Origin: a virus
Taxonomy: Duplodnaviria > Caudoviricetes
IMG/VR virus record: IMGVR_UViG_3300020471_000006
Location: 32,001-96,000 of that record
Strand: one strand, 5' to 3'
DNA length: 64,000 nt
A program made the position numbers and the translations under genes. Each line of letters starts with the position of its first letter. The first letter of the stretch is position 1. Shown here in pieces: positions 40,001-47,900 of this stretch. Under the pieces are notes generated by a model. It had not been told where the DNA came from and made no database searches. It saw only the letters and a list, made by a program, of their open reading frames with translations.

Positions 40001-41927
40001 AACTAACCCTGCTAATGGTATCTTTGATCAAGGTGAGGTATTCAAGGTCAAGGTTCTTCTATCTCAGGTTGCTAAGAAACTATCCATTAAGAATGGTTGT
40101 GATACAGCACAAGAAGAAACAGTCTTTGAAGTTGATTCAACAACTGGTGACATAGTTGCTGGTTCAGGTGGTACTACTATAATCAAGGGTACATTTAACC
40201 TTCAAGGTAGTTGTTCAACACCATATACTAACTCAACTACCAATAAGAAGTTAAGTATAACAAATGGTTCTGCCATTAAGACCTTCGAGGTTGACACTTG
40301 TACAGGTGACACAACAATTGGTAACCATCATGGTACAGTCTTCATGCTTGCTGAACAGTATGGTACATCACCTGCTGCATACACTAAGGGTGTTGATGAA
40401 GTACACGTTTACAGACATAATCCAATGTCTGAAATCTCTGGTGGTCCTCTATCAACACTTGCTGCTGCTGTTGTTACTGCAACATCTAACATTGAAATTC
40501 AAGGTAACCTAACATCATTCACTAAGGGTGATCTGGTTGCACTTTATACCACAGCATCTATTGAAATCATTCAAATTACTGATGATCCTTACACAGGTAC
40601 AGGTGGTGAGTTAATTCTACCAACGGCATCTAATGCTGAATATAGTAACGGTGGTAGAGGAATGGAAGGCACTAGTGCTCAAGCATTCTCTATTGGTGCT
40701 AACCTTGTTAAGTTAGACAAGTATGATAGGACTACCACACTCTTACATGATGTTCCTGCATTGCAGGCTGATAGAGCAACAGAACTCAAGGCTAGAACAC
40801 CTAACACGAGTGATATTAGACTTGAAATCTCACTTGCTGATGCTGATCTAATTGCTCCTAAACTTGATTATGTAACTCTTGTAAGAATAGGATCTGAATT
40901 CTTCTTACCTGATTCTGTTGATGGAACACTTGATGCATTCTATGCGATCAAGATGCCTAAGCAGATCAGAGAACCTAATAATGTAGGTACTACACCTGTC
41001 AAACTATTTGGTGGTGGATCCACAACGATCAATCAAGATCTTGAGGTTATCAGTGGTGCTGTTAGAATGTATGGTTCTGATGGTAAGACTCTGGTCATGT
41101 CCATCGCTAACGATGATGGTCACTCAGGTGATGGATCACTAGAAGATCCTAAGACAGATACTGCTGGTCTTACACTTAAGGGTGCTGCTGCATTCTACGG
41201 TGATCTTAAGATTTACTATGATAACTGTCAGATGCATGGAGTCTGTTCAACTGAGACTTCATTCAGAGTTACCAACAGAGAAGGTAACGTCTTGATGGGT
41301 GAAACCTTCTATCAGGCTGGTAAAGTATTATCTGTTGAATCAGCAATTGATCCTATATTCCATATAGATAACTTAGGTGCTGCTGGTGCTGGTGGAACTG
41401 AAGGTCCAAAAGACTTTAAGATCTATCAGAACAATGCTATTGATTCATTCGGTATTGAGAAATACTGGACTGCTGGTGGTGGTAGAAGACACACTTATGT
41501 TGCCTTTGATCCTGGAACTGGTATTGGTCAACAGCAAGACAATTCACTTCAGGTTAACCAAAACTATATGATTAATGCAGCTTCTGGTGCTAACATGGTT
41601 CTATACCTACCAGATAATGCACAGACAGGTGATATGATTAGATTCATTGAACTTAGTGGTAACCTAACATATAATACAAGTTTGATATTACGAGCCAAGA
41701 AAGCAAATAATGTATCGGTAGCGATTCAAGGTGATTCAACTGGTTCGAGGATTGCTGCTGGTTCTGGACAAACATTATCAACAGCATGGGATTCAGGTGA
41801 ATTAATTATACAGACACGCAACGCATCGTTCGGTCTAGTTTACGCTGGTACTGTTGACGTTGAGGGTTCTGCATCTGCACAGACCATTCCTCCAGCACTA
41901 AGAGGATGGTGGTTAATAGAACTATAA
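22071..41927 (+). CDS. Giant (6618 aa) virion structural/tail-fibre-associated protein
   Basis: Uninterrupted ORF under a late promoter; about 26 copies of a (F/L)TC..D.....YPR..DP domain; helical DARNL..GGND repeats; C-terminal LYLP..AQTGD.IRFIELSG module like T4 fibre baseplate-binding repeats. Confidence 0.85.
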   Translation: MALTRLDNLISSKTGKYLYVSPDDFNATDEINNRGNSPIRPFKSIQRAFLEISRFSYQPGPDNDRFDQFTVMVMPGKHYVDNRPGLATTDGIDAFAFDQALNQWIDNSNLDIGDPNNCLYKFNNTEGGAIIPRGSSIIGYDLRRTSVHPLFVPDPADRLEARSAIFNVTGGCYFWQFTIRDGDLEPASPLYDNSEGIGKVYYQNGDWTAKAVPNFSHHKLTVFEYADKEELGLYYQKVAKAFSQYQPTIDDPREFGDRIEETRIVGPLSDIRSVESIKLTDSAPAGTITVEVTSKVNHGYFRNQFVAIENNGLDDQLNGVFSISEIDLVDQRKFSYNIPGTVGALGTSASLISGTTYTASNGLDSNAVVKAEVDSVESASPYVFNCSIRSTWGICGIWANGLKTTGFKSMVIAQYTGVSLQKDDRAFIRYDEYSNTFNQASLSDAFATVPYHTKGDAYWKDDWRNFHVRASEDAFIQCVSIFAVGFADHFLMESGGDMSITNSNSNFGNTSLHAIGHKGFAFTQDKGGYITDIVPPQVVDTTTGNIKKNAYYTIDIPATKNLNSASDQTKIYLGDDEAFNPETRVAASIDGFRIGARSDEKLYVKLIPRSAGSSNIFEATLSPNGFKKFNATATILNPTGITINNKDLDAADLIEANKEFIAYEAYGYITNKYPYLLDREGIDIVKCRRDIGYLLDATIQDLRLGGNINTIQAGESYYVGNNLSYITSELTETLEGYDYARDLAIASIRNFTYLRTGSETTAGSAIVDVGDTSGIVQGMTVADYDPTQFTDNKLNSGASRPASPVIPDNTYVKSVISSTEIELGQKATFSSKKVISDRNGDARNLLLSNKLFIAAEAFDRMVLDFPSYTSPTGYGPQDCRDDLVDIVEAIAENTAYGGNDEVWDAAYHYDSGAVQYISQKKEETIRAIEYARDMSVQIMRNEKSFIFGSHGLTQTYDNTVTYEPPEVVNDRNGDARNLILANKHLIAAESVERMLVRSSTAEYTPTDAEYDPATGDLTLDVQSHGLTAASAITASDANYNPETGWLTITSNGHGLAAGSKVKIEDESLTLTCSMDGDASTHVYPRPSDPISNKWVEVAEADTNTFSIDVGKSLLIGHNVTAAEYVPATGLLTATIPGHQLSEGQNVRVEDGAFTFTCAQDNYGTQHVYPRSTDPAYQSSVKIVADGSKHTVTGAGYNPDKGTMEFTLTNHGFSNGDKIRIDDNALVFTCAMDANATEHSYPRKSDPISGKWVTITNKTNNTFEAHVGTTGAVTYDLTNALYDPASGELTVSVDGNHDIDVGENIRFADNALTFTCGMDGNSSNHTYPRTTDPAYNTGLEVIGVGGNYDISNANYNPSTGVLEFTVANHGLTNGELIKIANNSLTFTCGMDNNASEHKYPRATDPYSGDWLSVYDVAQNSFKVQIADAGSNVEFTPTDASYDPATGDLELTVGAHNLSVGDGIVMDDGAVSFTCTMDNNQVAQSYPRANLDKASGRSLPITSVDTGKFTINVGAAGSNKNLTPTGATYNQNNGEMVLTVGQHGLRVGTDITLKDNSLTFTCDKDGGATQHSYPRPGTDPYAGKSIAITAVGSSQHTATNVAYTPSSGVMVVTVPSHGFSPGDYIQVADNSITLTCDLDGNVSQKTYPRTNFDSLSNRWVPILSASTDTFTINVGSSTDNSVHTFVSASANGILKQDGTLTINVGFDADPANRYAHTFVSALTDAVEYKPQSAHTFVSALTNSVKHLPQSAHTFKRAANYAISKRGGDITVNVGKSPIVEFTPTNATYDPNTGLMELTIGSHSLTAGTSVKVDPNSLKFTCEMDGNYSVKSYPRATDPVNDTSIEITAASATTITINVGQSPIVSHNVDDGSYNPATGEMTLKIGNHSLTVGESIKIADGGVTFSCTYGNVPHTFITGAAGGITADGSTALTAASGTTYDPITGELVLEVGAHALNAASTHTVTDATYNAATGAMVVTIANHGFSNGDRVKFAEGSISLNCAMDGNVSTKTYPRRSDPTFGKWLQISNVTQDSFSVDVGSSPLIQHTPTGANYNPTTGIMELTIGAHSLTVGTAVKIADNSLTFTCAEDNHQTTHTYPRATDPFSDKSFAITDVTATTISVQVLSTIPSTNVTAHLFVSATADCVTSGGNYAHTFVSATASGLKKANSTITFDQDALTFTCNADNNATQHTYPRAGDPFRNETLGLDSVTGTTMTVFVGFSTGSQSAKSYPRSATETHTATAGTTYDPTTGILSVTTAAHNIKNGDYVQFATGAFTFTCMEDNNSTNHTYPRVTDPVSSKWLKVSNVTSTTFEVQVLDVIPSTNVTAHTFITGSNNGITSKVDRSYDQAIEITGVTADTITVNVGPSSKTTDVHTFVSALAGAVKSGGGYVHTFKSADAGALKTGGNYLHQFVSATSGALISGGNYAHTFVSAVANGLTRYDGTVTLDVGTSSNTTAHQFVSAIPNAITTGGNYAHTFISSNPNGIKKANDRIRIDYGALNFTCDMDGHNSQHAYPRISDPAYQEDLPVLAASTNQFTVNIGTTGQGNLDVSDATYNPSTGDMTVTVGSHDLEPGQDVKIIGNSIKFSCNADNNATDHAYPRPTDPAGTSSLPVKSVGSSYHSSTDASYNPSTGDLVLTVANHGFTNGDRIKIADGSLTFTCDMDNHATEHAYPRLKDPSNGKWLVISDATTNTFKVNVGQAGASQTYTPTAATYTAATGQLVLTIPNHNIPVGKNITIAQDSLKFRCAMGGTSDIKTYPRSSDPIYSTGTVVTAADATTVTVNVGASPLVSHTPTDASFDPANGLMTLTIGSHNLTVGESVKIADAGVTFTCGQDNNATNHAYPRTTIESHTATMAAYDPDTGIITVTVAGHGMRDGDWVKLADDSLTFTCAQDAHATNHTYPRASDPISNKWVKISNTQTNTFDIQVLDSAPSTNTTDHTFVSAVAGGITQKKDKSYDSPVDITAVTATTITLDVGKSSNTTVHAFVSATADAITSGGNYGHTFVSANYGAVTADITENLFTPTGANYDPATGDLTLTIGSHSLAVGDGITIDDNSLTFKCQMDEEQSNKLYPRPASKGLTATTGTTYNPTTGIVSITTTANHGLKTGDFVKIADGALTFSCGFNGATGTAAEKSYPRPSDPVSGTWIKVTETGVDSFEFQCLEALPSTNTDTHAFVSGVADGITRQTATDRVSGRSVDIIARTANTITVNVGGAGDNQTWTPSAADYNSTTGDLILTIGQHGLREGAGIVLKDNSLTFTCSKDNHTSNHSYPRPGIDPYAGDKSITVNSVGASMHSVSGAEYTPETGVLKLTVNNHGFSNGDYIKLDDESLTLTCDLDGNVSQKKYPRAGFDPVSSRWLKIADKTTNTFEVNVGISSDKSVHSFVSAVANGLHRQNGTITVNIGASPLSNYTPTAASYNAVTGDMVLTIGVHDLQNGEKIKIAPDSLTFQCAKDANATNHTYPRVTDPAYNSDLEIKDATTTTITVNVGAAAANDQYDHTFVNATANAIIYNQRYTHTFVNSVANAVHFEPASPHTFVSAIANSIKHYPTANHTFVRSVAGNIQKETGTFTVNVGVATLSNQYPHQFKSASAGAIQTGGAYFHKFVSAVNNSIHKVFTVAGNQQYHNQDCIDDVVDLLEAVADNIAYGGNDKTWDAAYSYKTGAHVAGEEDETNYVFEQAREMAAQALRNQKILVTGHHGLPQVFDKSITFNEADPPTDRFGDARNLVVANKLLIADEAYERMLVQHPGFVPPTGNQQDCKDDIVDFVEEVSYNLAYGGNDRVWEMTDLYVQGMVQEVAGEETQTIQALNHARDLMIQIARNENIVTLGSHGRTQVRDTTITGSVAPHVSNRHADAKNLILANVEFAAEVALGRMIAQFPSYSWQAGYSSADCLDDLKDVVKVVAHNTGYGGNHRVWDAANLYVAGAHAAGSESETIFAFNAVRDIIKEIATNVEVTVGGHTSLTQTRDLTITNGVTNGDCNVVLSAIDTLVAILTGTISDPTSLQGITRTDSVGPCEDMRSAVGVLTKIVTDAISDPSTLSGKKHTVTTSTYDPATGWLTLDIGNHSYTNGTSVHIVDNSLTFTCERDNNATNHTYPRSTDPASNNDPTITGTTATTITVNVGVSSDTSVHTFVSASEKIVVGGVTRTPSVGSCEDVRSTLNSLFKIVIDTVETPTSLDGVTRTISNGACQQVASTITTLYQIITGTINSASYLDSVERNPVPLGLEFGPSINANATSTNSYLHFEFADAVYTALTRTVDNTITQNTTYPQCVDQANAIRQYFANISTIIQTGLGSVPRQQPSQLTTSLSSRATVFTLTQGAGANPHDLETGTPIRLVPRPRYDTQTNSYVDVDKRFVRLPNGFATNETYYVIAPARNTQPENYSANAVFNGSDQTKLMLASSKENAAAGIYLHSAEVEDIHPDIEIDLYQFVLDDNYDLHQYGCVLDGVSNTNIRTDVPHIFDVPFSNITGHTVFFREREGGALPLVGAAYASDTTVADSQGRLLGNRYFFARYQTEKVFTIHKTKSDAEQGVNPITYQPGTYDFNVFANKRQSPMRFDPAFVNPNTNPVIYGKWYLQVENSNNTDQIIKRLREYADGIDKTNDSWFERIKDERPANDRLYRLRYVIPQYLQSVRDPLNGFTIKTRTDETRRIVPQKISLKPVSGGTTKARFSNPVQSNEYIGYTKQEFISNSLNEEIAYDPYKKDVVGNTQFKKVITTQNYISMTIQSGRYVQTGGLTDYLELTVFEHGVTNPALLNTKFNTIKITAPQGGSFTANKTQSVEGNKVEWAGNSSGYGYLHAIMNVPGTTTWHMILKDVVGKIDYDAIDNTRFSQGTAFADLLADADMGKSLVLKDLIKKEYPEFYYRQNGAGVYTITPGDIIEDDASIQYYVESVEDVGQIDDTFYVFNTQEIQKRIYGQQDGIYYLTAVRGNISPLPQGAGNLGNFRNFKFSQPISSLYPLNYKNDPLWYQQLDATLVDPPQTYSAADNYVHGLVRVNDFKGSLTQESVIDLIKNNAFGDNTYTQVSSVVDNRIRAQKGNAASGSEDRLIPIAGDSTVVADQRYYVELRRPSIARAGNHTFEYLGFGPGNYSTGLPQRQEVVLTEIQDFYAQSKKQDGGLVFYTGLNSNGDLYIGNRKIDAITGEEVFLESATLQDSGDDDETLGNLVTTFDTPVTFNEYITVNGGEAQDKRSTFNSPVLINVLGTVRNNPALVISSFVDPAIDDGSLDRSAFVRNVETGGDVVIARNKISAAIFQFNSRRDGQGYKILTHITGATPSNITPDQTGAFNASQIVSYGNAGAPDSGDMLLKGGSIGKSGSLGWIYSNYYTTIGNAVPESLAFNNTNVITLTWATLTNQQLGITSASELRFSGFSDPDFNGTWQVISNGFNPAANTLQFAIGATKNTVNNQNPRMWSDEVAANANITIEYSNSNWKEWGVIGAEAIRTETDAIGDYKLGINTVGRSDKASYSENFVDAKTNPRANLDVVGTAFISGKKITDYASHATDATRTYQDRTDAFMVGGDSSSPTDESTFRVSTANGGRVGVNVTDAELDRSLVVDGESRFTGDARFEEDIEINGGGGANTAQIRTSITTGKVQFFPNAGGTPFTGEVEIAPLGTSIKIADATPSDQFIKIGNFSFHSNIDIGFTPTMSTNISKVQIGGAYENNESLSYTLIGTKSFKTKGDFQLGTVRGLLDTVKLTSTAGTVEFFAGNSATSKLDFATNASEITIAGKGGKTTVRNNLVVDSTARFNSDITLCGGFASYSFTAYRAQQGSTAFAHASGDLGNNIFNSNVDLIEVKRLVNTDENYNAIDTAGTGDWGGSVFQNPITQIAGTVEPLTLTGLSGDQYYLPLKNRPYDSNGTQYINEQDILLIDTDDSGGTKHPEFVKVISLPRINVAPYWIVVERLPFGTFTATRSDHPDTTAIYKCTVQYNATWTTTTIDDAGTEDNVYLAQFGGNIELGDYIIIDRKDTTNPANGIFDQGEVFKVKVLLSQVAKKLSIKNGCDTAQEETVFEVDSTTGDIVAGSGGTTIIKGTFNLQGSCSTPYTNSTTNKKLSITNGSAIKTFEVDTCTGDTTIGNHHGTVFMLAEQYGTSPAAYTKGVDEVHVYRHNPMSEISGGPLSTLAAAVVTATSNIEIQGNLTSFTKGDLVALYTTASIEIIQITDDPYTGTGGELILPTASNAEYSNGGRGMEGTSAQAFSIGANLVKLDKYDRTTTLLHDVPALQADRATELKARTPNTSDIRLEISLADADLIAPKLDYVTLVRIGSEFFLPDSVDGTLDAFYAIKMPKQIREPNNVGTTPVKLFGGGSTTINQDLEVISGAVRMYGSDGKTLVMSIANDDGHSGDGSLEDPKTDTAGLTLKGAAAFYGDLKIYYDNCQMHGVCSTETSFRVTNREGNVLMGETFYQAGKVLSVESAIDPIFHIDNLGAAGAGGTEGPKDFKIYQNNAIDSFGIEKYWTAGGGRRHTYVAFDPGTGIGQQQDNSLQVNQNYMINAASGANMVLYLPDNAQTGDMIRFIELSGNLTYNTSLILRAKKANNVSVAIQGDSTGSRIAAGSGQTLSTAWDSGELIIQTRNASFGLVYAGTVDVEGSASAQTIPPALRGWWLIEL
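25071..32935 (+). repeat. Array of about 25 degenerate beta-rich protein repeats, roughly 90-110 aa each
   Basis: Recurring Y(D/N)PxTG.L.LT...H, LTFTC..D.N.T.H.YPR..DP, TITVNVG and HTFVSA motifs counted in the translation. Confidence 0.85.
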
Positions 41928-41931
41928 AGAC

Positions 41932-43593
41932 ATGACTGCACTCTACGATTCTATCAAAAGTATGAGAACTGCAAAGGTAGGAACTATCCTACCTTGGGGT
42001 GGTGATGGAGGAAATGGTTTCCTTGCTTCTAATATACCTAAAGGGTGGATAGTTTGTTCAGGACAAACAATAAAAGCTTCTGAATATCCATTGTTAGCAG
42101 CAAATTTAGGTGACACCTATGGTGGTAGTATGACTGATGCTCAAGGAGATGATTATCCATTTCCTTATTATGGTTATGATAATGCTACGTTTAGATTACC
42201 TCAACTTTCTAGTACTGCTTTAGTTGATTTGGAGAACACTGATCTTAATCAAACAAAGTATCAAATGAATCAGAATGATGCTCAATCTGTAGTAGGTTCT
42301 TTAGTTTCTGATTATGGTGAGACAACGCCAATTAGTTCAACTTATGAAGCAACTTCTGATATTGATTTCACACTTAATATAGCTGGTAACTTATACTTTA
42401 AGTTCACTGATATAACTTTATTTCAACCTGATTTTGTTGAGACAATATACACATTAAATCGTAAGTTGGGTATTAATCATACTCCTGCACATAGTCATTC
42501 TGATAGAATCACTTCTGTTAACGCAAACCCTACAGGTGTGTTTGTATTCAGAACAGATTCAGGTGTTGAAATGACTGGTTCAACACAGACTACTTGTATG
42601 AATGAGGGACCAAAAGAATGTGTATTGATAGATGATAATCCAACAACATGGCAAGAAGGTGCTACAAGTCTAACATTCTATGGTGATGCAACTCATGAAC
42701 ATACTCTACCACGTTGTGATGGTTTTCAAGAGTTTATACAGGACAGTTCTAATAAAGACTACTGGGGTTTTGTACCTGCTGGTGCTAATAGCTGGCGTAC
42801 AAATGCTAGTGATAGAGGATCTGGACATGCTAGTACAACATACACACAAAATATTTTCAGTAGAGGATTTACTGATGCGTTAAATGCTACTATACCAGTA
42901 GATACACATAAAACTCCATGTCATACTGGATATTATCCTAGACCAATGGAATATAGATCTAGACCAAACTTCTATGGGTATGAAACAGGATCACCAGTAA
43001 GATCTGATGGTTTGGTAGACGATCCTGAGACTGCACCAGTGTTTAGTGTTACTGGTTGTATATTAGATGGTACTAGTAAAATTATATTACCTGCTGGTAC
43101 TGATCTTAGGAGAACTTATGGTACTGCACCAGATACATGGCAACAATGGGATAAAATAGTTCCTTTAATGTATGTTACACCAGTTAATGTTGATGATAAG
43201 TATGATGTATTAAAAGAAGGTACATTTATTCAAACAATGGAACCTGCTGCTGATCTTGGTACTAATCCTACACCACAGTGGGAAGTTACTCTTAATGTAA
43301 GTACACTAGTAACTGGTACATTTGATCTTAAGTTCAGGCATGGTGCATGGCCATGTTCATTGAATCAAGGTGCTACAAATAAAAATCCTCTTGAAACTGC
43401 TTTCAGAGCACATAATCATGGTAGTTTTGAAATTGCTCAGGGTATAGGATCAATGGCTGGTCCTCCATCACATACTGCTGCCAATGCAGATGGTTCTGCA
43501 TTACAAGCACAAAGTTTAGAAAATGCTCTAAATATTTCATGTGATACTACACAACCTTCATTAACTATGACATTTATCATAAAGGCATACTAA
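41932..43593 (+). CDS. Tail collar-domain fibre protein
   Basis: VGTILPW, IPKGWIVCSGQ...YPLL, FRLPQL; terminal TFIIKAY. Confidence 0.8.
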   Translation: MTALYDSIKSMRTAKVGTILPWGGDGGNGFLASNIPKGWIVCSGQTIKASEYPLLAANLGDTYGGSMTDAQGDDYPFPYYGYDNATFRLPQLSSTALVDLENTDLNQTKYQMNQNDAQSVVGSLVSDYGETTPISSTYEATSDIDFTLNIAGNLYFKFTDITLFQPDFVETIYTLNRKLGINHTPAHSHSDRITSVNANPTGVFVFRTDSGVEMTGSTQTTCMNEGPKECVLIDDNPTTWQEGATSLTFYGDATHEHTLPRCDGFQEFIQDSSNKDYWGFVPAGANSWRTNASDRGSGHASTTYTQNIFSRGFTDALNATIPVDTHKTPCHTGYYPRPMEYRSRPNFYGYETGSPVRSDGLVDDPETAPVFSVTGCILDGTSKIILPAGTDLRRTYGTAPDTWQQWDKIVPLMYVTPVNVDDKYDVLKEGTFIQTMEPAADLGTNPTPQWEVTLNVSTLVTGTFDLKFRHGAWPCSLNQGATNKNPLETAFRAHNHGSFEIAQGIGSMAGPPSHTAANADGSALQAQSLENALNISCDTTQPSLTMTFIIKAY

Positions 43594-44984
43594 TGACAAC
43601 ATTTTACTCTAAAGAGAGAGCAAAATATGGTAATTTGACAGGCCAGGTAATTATGTGGCCAGTAGAATATAATGGAGATCCTGATGCTATTCTCAACAAA
43701 AGAAATTTACCTGCTGGTTATTTAAAATGTGATGGCACAAAATACTATGCAGATGAATATCCACAACTTGCTGCTATTTGTGGAGTAGGTAATGCATGTA
43801 AATTTATTAGAAGAAATATTGATGGGTCACCATTTGATACATTACAAGATAATCAATTTATGGTTCCTGATCTTGGTTCAAAGTATCCAGAACCAACTTC
43901 GGGTGCTAACGCAGGAGTATATAATAATATAAGATTAGATAATGCTTTAGGTAATGAGGTAAGTCGTTCTGGTATAGGTATTGATGCAGTGTCTGCTATT
44001 GGTACTAATGTTAGAATAGATTATAGTGGAACTATTTCAGTACCAAGTCAAGAGATTGATGTTAGAGGTAAACCTTCTTGGTCATATGCTGGTGCAACAC
44101 ATCGTACAGATAATGAAGGTGTAGAGGAAAATACTATTCATCCACATACACATTTCCATTCTGCTGTAAGAGCAAGAAACATGACCACTAATGAAACTAG
44201 TAGTCAAGCTCCATCTGTAATGGGTCAGACAGGTAGGAGAAATGCTAGTACTATAGCTATCCAAGATTGGTTAGATGCTACTACTAACATAAGTAATATA
44301 CCAGGATCTGGTCAGATGCCTTGTCTTGGTAAATCTCAGTGGAGAAGTGGTCTTGGAGCAACTAACCAAATTGGACTTAACGAGACTGTATACTATGGTG
44401 GTTGTCTTGTAACAGATACCAATACAATGTCATGGAGTTGTATAATGAATGTTGATTGGAATGATGCCACTAGAGGTCCAAATGGAGAGTCGTTGAACAG
44501 ACAAACTTTAGCAGGTTCTGCTGATAACTCTAATTTAGCAAAGTTTAGGAATAGTTATCAGTTTTTTGGTATTGGATGTTTTTCACCAGGATCTGGATCA
44601 GTTATCCAATCACCTAACTATATTAATACTCCTAAAACTTATTATCAAGGAGCACCTGGTGTGCCAAATGATTTTGCTGGTAATAGTTTATATGATGTAC
44701 TCCCATTACAATCAGAAGATTCTATTAATGAGAATCGTGCTATACCAGACATTGATCAAGTTACAACAGAAACAGAAGAATTTACTAGAGAGAGTGATCC
44801 AACAATACATAATCATCGAATAGATATAGAAAAAGGTGATCATAACTATCAAGTTAAGACTGCTGCTATTGCTATACCACCTGATAATTTATCAACTACT
44901 ATGACAATAGGGGAAGATTCATCAGTATCAATTGATTCTGCATGTCAACCCTTTATCATTATGGAATTTCTAATCAAGATATGA
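43593..44984 (+). CDS. Tail collar-domain fibre protein
   Basis: GQVIMWP, LPAGYLKCDG...YPQL, FMVPDL; terminal EFLIKI. Confidence 0.8.
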   Translation: MTTFYSKERAKYGNLTGQVIMWPVEYNGDPDAILNKRNLPAGYLKCDGTKYYADEYPQLAAICGVGNACKFIRRNIDGSPFDTLQDNQFMVPDLGSKYPEPTSGANAGVYNNIRLDNALGNEVSRSGIGIDAVSAIGTNVRIDYSGTISVPSQEIDVRGKPSWSYAGATHRTDNEGVEENTIHPHTHFHSAVRARNMTTNETSSQAPSVMGQTGRRNASTIAIQDWLDATTNISNIPGSGQMPCLGKSQWRSGLGATNQIGLNETVYYGGCLVTDTNTMSWSCIMNVDWNDATRGPNGESLNRQTLAGSADNSNLAKFRNSYQFFGIGCFSPGSGSVIQSPNYINTPKTYYQGAPGVPNDFAGNSLYDVLPLQSEDSINENRAIPDIDQVTTETEEFTRESDPTIHNHRIDIEKGDHNYQVKTAAIAIPPDNLSTTMTIGEDSSVSIDSACQPFIIMEFLIKI

Positions 44985-47900
44985 CATCAACTCAATCATA
45001 CAGAAATCCTAGACAAGGTTTCTATACAGATCTTACCGTAGATACTACACCAGTGGGTGCTATTGTACCCAATTTAAAGACTGGCACAAATTCATTTGAC
45101 CATAATTTTGTTAAGTATGGTGCTACAGCATTTCCAGTATTAACTGAGTCTGCTGGTAATGCATATCTATTAGGTGATGACCCTGCATATACACATGATG
45201 GTTATCTTTATTGTAATGGTGATGAGTATAATATAGGTGATTTTCCAAGTTTATATCAAATAATTGGCAATAAGTATGGTGGTAGATCTAGTAGTGGTAT
45301 TGATGTAATCACTGGTGGAGAAGGTTATACATCTGCTCCTTCAATAACAATTTCTGATCCTCCTACTGGTGGAATAACAGCAACATGTGAGGCTGTTGTT
45401 GAGTCAGGTAAAATAAAACATATCAATCTTCTTCTTCCTGGTAAGGGATACACAGAACCACCTTCACTAACATTAACTGGAGGTTTTACAGGAAACGGTA
45501 CAGGTAGTAGTATTCAAGGTTATACTAATGTTTTAGCTTACATAGGTGGTATTTTCTATACTGTTGGTAATAATTACACAACTACTCCTTACTCTGGATC
45601 TGGACTTGGATCTGGTGCAACTGTCAATATACTTACAATTGGTACGTATCAGGCTGGTGGTATTGGCACAATTGCTATTGCTAGTGGAGGAACTGGGTAT
45701 GTTGTAGGTGATAAACTTAAAATAAATCATAAGTATCCAGGAGCAATAATGTCTTCCACTTATGTGAGTGGTGAAGGTGCTAATGCAAATAGAACTGGTG
45801 GAGTAACATATGCTGTAGAAGTTTTAAATTCATGGACATCAGCTGATGGTGAGGGTGGAGAATTTAATGTTGTTGTTGCTGCTGATGGTTCTGCTACTCT
45901 TGATTGGGGATCAGATTATATTCCTGGACCTAATGGTAACAGAGGATGGAATTATGTACAGAATGAGACCATAACTATTCCTAGTTCTTCTATTGGTGGT
46001 GGCGATGATCTAGTCATAAAAGTACTGAGTGTTACTGGTGATGGTGAAAGAGGATCTATTGAAGTTACTTCTGTGGGTGCTGGTGGTGCATCATTTGAAG
46101 TAAGATTAGGTAGTGATGGTGAAATTGAAGGCATTAATACTAATAATGTAATGGAGTGGTGGGGTGACCCATACTTAGGAACATTCTGTGTACCTGATTT
46201 AAAAACTAAAAAGGTTGTAGGTAATGGTCCTGTATTTGGTCAGAACTCACCTAACGTAGGTAATTCACAACTTGGTGTTGGTACAACAGGTGGAGCATGG
46301 TATCTTGCCAAAGAACAACAAGATGAATACTTCTCGCTTGGTAGAATAGTTACTAGTGGTTATGATCAAGTTGTTGAGTCAACTGAATGTAGTATTATTG
46401 GTCAACAACAAGTTGAGATAACAATGAGAGAATCTAAACTCTCTGGTGCTCCTCAACATAATCATACAGTATATCATTCAGAACCAGGATTTAATAGTTT
46501 TCAAGCAGAAGCATCTGGTGATAGATATCTTCAAGACTATCGTGAAGGTAAAGGTAGACTTAGTAGATGGTATCCTACTGGTGGTATTGTATTCACACAC
46601 AAACATGGATTACTAAGAAGTCCCATTACAGATAATACTGTTGCTACTTATGATGTATTTGATGCAGTTGGTGGTGCTGGTGGTTGTGGATCAATTAAAG
46701 ATCCATCAGCAACTGATAAGTTTTATATGGCATCAGGTGCTTCTGACGCTGGTACATGGGAATTTCAAACTTATATACCAGAGCCAGTAATGAAAAAATT
46801 TACTGGATCATCTAATATAGGTGGTAGAACAGTTAATAGTGGTGGTACTCCTGTTTATGATTTTTCAGATGAATGGGAATTTACATCACCAGGATCATAT
46901 AGTATAAACTTAGGAAATGTATCAGGTACACCAGACAGATTAATCTATCAAGTTATTGGTGGTGGAGGATCAGGTGCTGCTGGTACTTCTCAAGGTAATG
47001 ATGGTGGTGACAGTGTTATAGTTGTTGGTAGTGAGTTGACATTAACTGCTGAAGGTGGAGCGAAAGGTGGAGCGTCGTCAGGGATGCAAGGTGGAACAGG
47101 TGGTGCAGGTGGTCAAGCAACCAGCAGTGGTAGTGTAAGTGCTGGTGGAGCCCTTAATGGATTTGATGGTGCAAATGGAGCAACTGGACAAACATCACTT
47201 GGATGGCCATTAGCAGATTATCCAAATGATCCTTCGGGTGGAGGTCAAGGTGGTGTTGGTGGTGATTATGGTAAGGGTAGTAATGGTATAAACTTATTGG
47301 TAGGTGGACAGAGTGGTACATTTACTGAAACACTTACTGGTATAACTGGCACTTTCAACTTTGTTAATGCTAGTGGTGGTATAATCACAAATCCATCATC
47401 AGTAAATTTCGTTGTTGCTGGAGGTAAGGGTGGAACTGCTGGTCGTGGTGGATACACAGGATATAATGGTGCTGTTGTATCTGTTGATTTAGTTTCAAGT
47501 GAGTTAGATGAATTCAATCAAGGTACATGGTCATTTGTACGTGGTACTGCTGCTGGTGGTAGAATGAATGGTAGTGGTGATCATGGTGGTAATGGTGGAT
47601 ATGGTGGTGAAGGACACCAAGAAGCAGATGGTGGCGGTGGTGGAGCATGTTCCATAATAAAGAGAGGAACACAAACATTGGTTGGTGCTGGAGGAGGTGG
47701 TGGTGCTGGTGCATCTGGATACGACGGAGGTGCTGGAGTTAATGGTTCAGGACCACCATCAGGGTATTCATCTCCAGACGCTACAACACAGGCATTAGGT
47801 ACAGGTGGCGGTGGTACAGGTGGCCACTACGGATGTATCGGTGGTGGAGGAGGCGGCGGTGGCTCAGGAGTCGCTAGAAACGGTATTACATTTGGTGGTA

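Noticed and set aside
22071-41927. Intein or intron in the giant ORF
   Set aside because: No C/S...HN-C/S/T splice motifs, LAGLIDADG domain or frame breaks were noticed.
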